Shown: piece by piece, positions 51,418-55,247 of the stretch
Layout: every line of letters begins with the position of its first letter
Position numbering within the stretch: position 1 is the stretch's first letter
Assembly: GCA_001773725.1 (NCBI GenBank)
Contig: MEXP01000027.1
Span: 1-55,247, forward strand
From: Candidatus Amesbacteria bacterium RIFCSPLOWO2_01_FULL_49_25
GTDB lineage: Bacteria > Patescibacteriota > Microgenomatia > CAZETR01 > Amesbacteraceae
Direction: 5' to 3'
DNA: 55,247 bases
Notes under the pieces: generated by a model
Seen by the model: only the letters and a program-made list of their open reading frames with translations
What the model was told of the DNA's origin: nothing
Database searches by the model: none
Program-made: the position numbers and the translations under genes

Positions 51418-52464
51418 ATGAAAAAAGCACTGATTACCGGAATAACCGGACAGGATGGGAGCTACTTGGCCGAATTACTTTTGAAGAAGGGCTATAAAGT
51501 CTACGGGCTGCATCGCCGGTCTAGCAATCCCAACACGGCCCGGATTGACCATTTGTATGACAACCCCCGCTATCCCTATTTTTACACCGTTTACGGGGAT
51601 TTATCAGAAAGCTCCAGCGTGGCCAGAGTTATTGAGGAGGTAGAGCCGGACGAAATATACAATTTGGCCGCTCAGAGCCAAGTCCATGTTTCCTTTGAGC
51701 TGCCAGAATACACTGCCAATGTAACGGGCTTGGGGGCATTGCGGGTTTTGGAAACGCTGCGCAAGCTGAAGGCTAAAACCAGATATTACCAGGCTAGCTC
51801 TTCGGAAATGTTTGGTCGGGTTTTGGAAACTCCCCAGAGAGAGACCACGCCGTTTAATCCCTTGTCTCCCTACGGGGCTTCAAAAGCGTTTGCTTATTAT
51901 GTGACCAGGCTGTATCGCGACAGCTATAAATTGTTTGCCGCCAACGGAATACTTTTTAATCATGAATCTCCCCGGCGAGGAGAGAACTTCGTATCCCGGA
52001 AAATTTCCCTGGGATTGTCTAAAATCAGGGTGGGACTGATGGATAAATTGCGCTTGGGTAATTTGGACTCGCGGCGGGACTGGGGTTTTTCCAAAGATTA
52101 TGTGGAGGCAATGCACAAGATTATCGGGCACAAACAGCCTGATGACTTTGTGATTGCCACGGGCCAGACGCACAGTATCAGGGAATTTGTGGAGGAAGCG
52201 GGTCGGGTGTTGGGGATGAGGATTGTTTGGCAGGGCAAGGGAATGGGGGAAAAAGGCGTTAACGACAAAAACGGCAAAGTAGTAGTGGAAGTGGCAAGTG
52301 AGTTTTTCCGACCCAGCGACGTGGTGTTTTTGAAAGGGGACAGCACCAAGGCCAAAAGAGAGCTGGGCTGGAAGCCCAAAACCACCTTTAAAGAGCTGGT
52401 GGAAATAATGGTGAGTGCTGATTATAATCTGGCCAAAAGAATGTCCAGGATAGCAGCTTTCTGA
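51418..52464 (+). CDS. gmd: GDP-mannose 4,6-dehydratase
   Basis: KALITGITGQDGSYLAELLL, NLAAQSQVHVSF, YQASSSEMFG, SPYGASK, NHESPRRGENFV. Confidence 0.96.
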   Translation: MKKALITGITGQDGSYLAELLLKKGYKVYGLHRRSSNPNTARIDHLYDNPRYPYFYTVYGDLSESSSVARVIEEVEPDEIYNLAAQSQVHVSFELPEYTANVTGLGALRVLETLRKLKAKTRYYQASSSEMFGRVLETPQRETTPFNPLSPYGASKAFAYYVTRLYRDSYKLFAANGILFNHESPRRGENFVSRKISLGLSKIRVGLMDKLRLGNLDSRRDWGFSKDYVEAMHKIIGHKQPDDFVIATGQTHSIREFVEEAGRVLGMRIVWQGKGMGEKGVNDKNGKVVVEVASEFFRPSDVVFLKGDSTKAKRELGWKPKTTFKELVEIMVSADYNLAKRMSRIAAF

Positions 52465-52856
52465 TGGAAGAAATTTATTATAAAAAGAAATTGATGGGTA
52501 TTAAGATCAGGGGAGTGCCCAAGGGATCGATCCCGAGGACGCCGAAGGATTGGGCTCTGCAATTGGTAACGCTTAAGCACCCCAAGGGTACCCGCCTGGC
52601 CGCTCACTACCACCAGCCCAAAAAAAGACAAACTGCTAGGCTTCAGGAGTTCTTGTTTGTCAAAAGGGGTAAGGTGAGGCTGGATCTGTACGGGCCGGAC
52701 ATTGAGTATTTTAAGAAAATTTATTTGACTGCCGGACAAGGGTATCTGACGGTGGACGGGGGGTTTGGAATACAGTTCTTGCTCAATTCGGAGTTATTTG
52801 AGCTAAAGAACGGTCCGTTTGTGGAAGACAAGGTGACAATCGATGAAAAAAAGTAG
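52464..52856 (+). CDS. cupin-fold protein in sugar-nucleotide operon
   Basis: AHYH...QEFLFVKRGKV...ELKNGPF; coupled to gmd and degT. Confidence 0.6.
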   Translation: MEEIYYKKKLMGIKIRGVPKGSIPRTPKDWALQLVTLKHPKGTRLAAHYHQPKKRQTARLQEFLFVKRGKVRLDLYGPDIEYFKKIYLTAGQGYLTVDGGFGIQFLLNSELFELKNGPFVEDKVTIDEKK

Positions 52857-53937
52857 TGTAGCGCAGATGGAGCCGTGGTTTGATAAGAAGGAGGCGCGGG
52901 CGGTGTTTGATTATATGAAATCAGGGGGGTGGATTATGGAGTTTAGACAGACGCAAGAGCTGGAAAAGAGGCTGGCGGAACTTACAGATTCCAAGTACGC
53001 GATTATGACTGTCAACGGGACGGTGGCGCTTCTATTGGCCCTTAAGGCTTTGGGAGTCGGGCCGGGGGATGAGGTGGTGGTGCCAAATTTGACCATGATT
53101 GCTACCCCAAATGCCTGTGTGCTGGCGGGAGCCAGTCCGGTATTAGTTGACGTGGACCCGCAAAATTTGTGTCTGGATCTGACCGCGGCCCGAAAGCGGA
53201 TTGGCTCTAAAACAAAAGCCATGATTTACGTGCCGCTCAACGGCCGAAGTCACGATATGAGGAAAGTTAAAAAGTTTTGTAAAGAGAATAAGTTGTTTTT
53301 GATCGAGGACGCGGCTCAAGCATTGGGGTCTTTCTGCCGGGGCCAGCATTTGGGTACCTGGGGGGATATCGGGACGCTATCTTTTTCCACCCAGAAAATA
53401 ATTACTACCGGCCAAGGAGGGGCAATGCTGACAAACCGTAAGCGATTGGCTAATCGACTGTTGAAGATTAAAAACTTCGGCCGCCTTGGCGGTGGGAATG
53501 ATACTCATGATGAGTGGGGCTGGAATTTTCGATTTACGGATCTTCAGGCGGTGGTGGGGCTGGAGCAGATGAAGAAACTACCCGAGAGGATAAGAAGGAA
53601 AAAAGAAATTTACAAAAGATATCTTGATGAACTTAAGCACATATCGCGCATCAGGTTTATAGAGACTAATCTGGACGAAACTACCCCGTGGTTTGTGGAT
53701 ATTTATGTAGATGAACCCGATGCGCTGGCTAAATACCTGCAAAATAAAGGGATTGGCACCAGAAGAATTTACCCGGCGGTGAGCTCTCAAAAGATATACA
53801 AAAGCAATCTAAAGTTTCCGATAGCGGAAAGATTTGCCGGCTTGGGTTTGTGGCTGCCTTCTTCGTCGCAGTTGACCAATCGCCAGATCGACCATGTAAC
53901 CGGTCATATAAGAGCTTTTTTCAATAGCGTTTCTTGA
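52843..53937 (+). CDS. DegT/DnrJ/EryC1/StrS PLP aminotransferase (GDP-perosamine synthase-like)
   Basis: NGTVALLLAL, IEDAAQALGS, SFSTQKIITTGQGG, WNFRFTDLQA. Confidence 0.9.
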   Translation: MKKSSVAQMEPWFDKKEARAVFDYMKSGGWIMEFRQTQELEKRLAELTDSKYAIMTVNGTVALLLALKALGVGPGDEVVVPNLTMIATPNACVLAGASPVLVDVDPQNLCLDLTAARKRIGSKTKAMIYVPLNGRSHDMRKVKKFCKENKLFLIEDAAQALGSFCRGQHLGTWGDIGTLSFSTQKIITTGQGGAMLTNRKRLANRLLKIKNFGRLGGGNDTHDEWGWNFRFTDLQAVVGLEQMKKLPERIRRKKEIYKRYLDELKHISRIRFIETNLDETTPWFVDIYVDEPDALAKYLQNKGIGTRRIYPAVSSQKIYKSNLKFPIAERFAGLGLWLPSSSQLTNRQIDHVTGHIRAFFNSVS

Positions 53938-54433
53938 TCTGCTCGATGATCCAGGAGGTGGAGATGGGGAAGTCTACGTTTAAAGGCTTGCGGCGGGCTT
54001 GAGTGACTACCTTGAAGCCCAATTTTTCACCCAGCTTTTGGTGAGATCGAAGCAGGGGATCTTTTTGCAGGAGGACTACTTTGTTTGGGCGAATGGCGCT
54101 TAGGATTTTTTGGACATCGAGTTCTTCGGTAATTTCTTCGTCGAGAAGAACTACATGATCTACCATGGCTAGTCCGGCCGCTAACCTGGCCCGCAATTTT
54201 TCGGGAATGACCGGCCGCTTGGGGCCTTTGTAAAACTTGATGTTTTGGTCGGTGGCGATGCCGACCACTAAAATGTCGCCTTGCCTCTTGGCAAAATCAA
54301 AAAAGATCAGGTGGCCGGTGTGGAGCAAGTCGAACGTACCTGAGAGAAAGACTACGTGTTTGCCTTTCCTGACGGCGTTTAATTTTCGGGCGAGATGGGC
54401 ATAGTTTTTGGCGATTTTTTTATCCGTGAGCAT
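53921..54433 (-). CDS. cytidylyltransferase-family nucleotidyltransferase (RfaE-II/TagD-like)
   Basis: SGTFDLLHTGH (HxGH), KGPKRPV, STSWII. Confidence 0.85.
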   Translation of the reverse strand: MLTDKKIAKNYAHLARKLNAVRKGKHVVFLSGTFDLLHTGHLIFFDFAKRQGDILVVGIATDQNIKFYKGPKRPVIPEKLRARLAAGLAMVDHVVLLDEEITEELDVQKILSAIRPNKVVLLQKDPLLRSHQKLGEKLGFKVVTQARRKPLNVDFPISTSWIIEQIKKRY

Positions 54434-54471
54434 GACTTAGGTATTATGCGCTAACGAACAATAATTATACT

Positions 54472-55149
54472 CTAAAAATCTAGTAATTCCGATTTGATGT
54501 AACTATCTATTACTTCGGGGAGATTGAGATAGGGAATATTTAGGAGAGAGGCGAATTTTTTTTCGATCAAGTGGCCGACCCGGCACATGGAAGTGAAGGC
54601 CGAACTGTCCAGTATCTGGTAAACTTTTTTTCTGGAGAGGAGAACTGCCCGGCGGTCGATGTCGTTTTCCTTGACGGTTGAGGGGATTGCCCAATCAGCC
54701 TCGGTGGTGACGAAATCACAATAAGCCACAATGAGCATCGCCAATTGGTCAAGGCTGATTTCGCCCAGAGTCGCGTATGTAGTTAATAAGGGGTGGTTGC
54801 TAATTTCCGAGCTACTGGCCAGCTGGGCGATGGTGCTGTCAAAGCCTGCCTCAAGTAAATGTTGGCTGGACTGGCTGATTGACTGAGAGTAACCGGGCAG
54901 CCCATTTTGAGTGATCAGTTCTATTTGTTTTCTTTTGTAAAAATCGTGGACCAGTGCGGCCGAGACAATTTGTGTGCGTAGTTTTGGGGGGATGTTGAGG
55001 AGTCTGGATAAAGCGTCCACTCGGGCCGCTACGGCTAGACAGTGATCGATTACCCGGTCCCAACTGTCATATTTTTGGTGGAGAGCCAGTTCTTTGGCAA
55101 ACTTCTGTCTTAATTTTTTAAAATACTTGTTCGAGAGGGGCATTTGCAT
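54472..55149 (-). CDS. HD-domain protein
   Basis: DHCLAVA, LVHDF, VAYCD; TATAAT 6 nt upstream of the ATG. Confidence 0.75.
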   Translation of the reverse strand: MQMPLSNKYFKKLRQKFAKELALHQKYDSWDRVIDHCLAVAARVDALSRLLNIPPKLRTQIVSAALVHDFYKRKQIELITQNGLPGYSQSISQSSQHLLEAGFDSTIAQLASSSEISNHPLLTTYATLGEISLDQLAMLIVAYCDFVTTEADWAIPSTVKENDIDRRAVLLSRKKVYQILDSSAFTSMCRVGHLIEKKFASLLNIPYLNLPEVIDSYIKSELLDF

Positions 55150-55247
55150 GGTCCAATTATATATAATGCCTTACTGTGGCTAGGTCGAAACTACTTAAAC
55201 TCCATTTGGGATGCTGGAAGAGATACATTCCCGGATTTGTCCATGTG

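Noticed and set aside
44269-54433. LPS core/O-antigen locus
   Set aside because: No flippase, polymerase, ligase, ABC exporter or lipid A genes are in the window; it cannot be excluded genome-wide.

Overview
The window looks like a chromosomal segment of a small-genome bacterium, probably Patescibacteria/CPR and Microgenomates-like. This is inferred from the gene content, the L1 N-terminal extension and many apparently leaderless genes; it is not proven. 1-12.2 kb is housekeeping: a decayed F-type ATP synthase remnant (atpF-like, atpH-like, atpD 3' third), a CsaA-like tRNA-binding protein, argS, an M16 peptidase, ndk, tRNA-Pro(CGG), tRNA-Arg(CCT), a PEGA protein, mreB, rplA/rplJ/rplL with an L10 leader, and a Fic-like protein lacking its catalytic motif. 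About 12.4-54 kb reads as one surface-glycoprotein locus with five parts. (1) A Tat-like export module: six TatA paralogs (five absent from the ORF track), one TatA-like peptide, one TatC and a PrsW-type protease. (2) An 842-aa membrane-anchored SH3b protein. (3) An operon of signal-peptide-less, Thr/Ser/Gly-rich fibre-like proteins. (4) A gapless tandem array of 11 TPR + GT41 (OGT-like) genes plus a 12th copy; none has the canonical His of the HP motif. (5) Extra glycosyltransferases, methyltransferases and GDP-deoxysugar genes (gmd, cupin, DegT). The best candidate for an undescribed system is a cytoplasmic protein-glycosylation line coupled to a multi-TatA exporter, conceptually like accessory-Sec/SRRP or HMW1ABC. 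No CRISPR array, rRNA, integrase or transposase was seen. All family calls come from motif recognition by eye; no searches were run.
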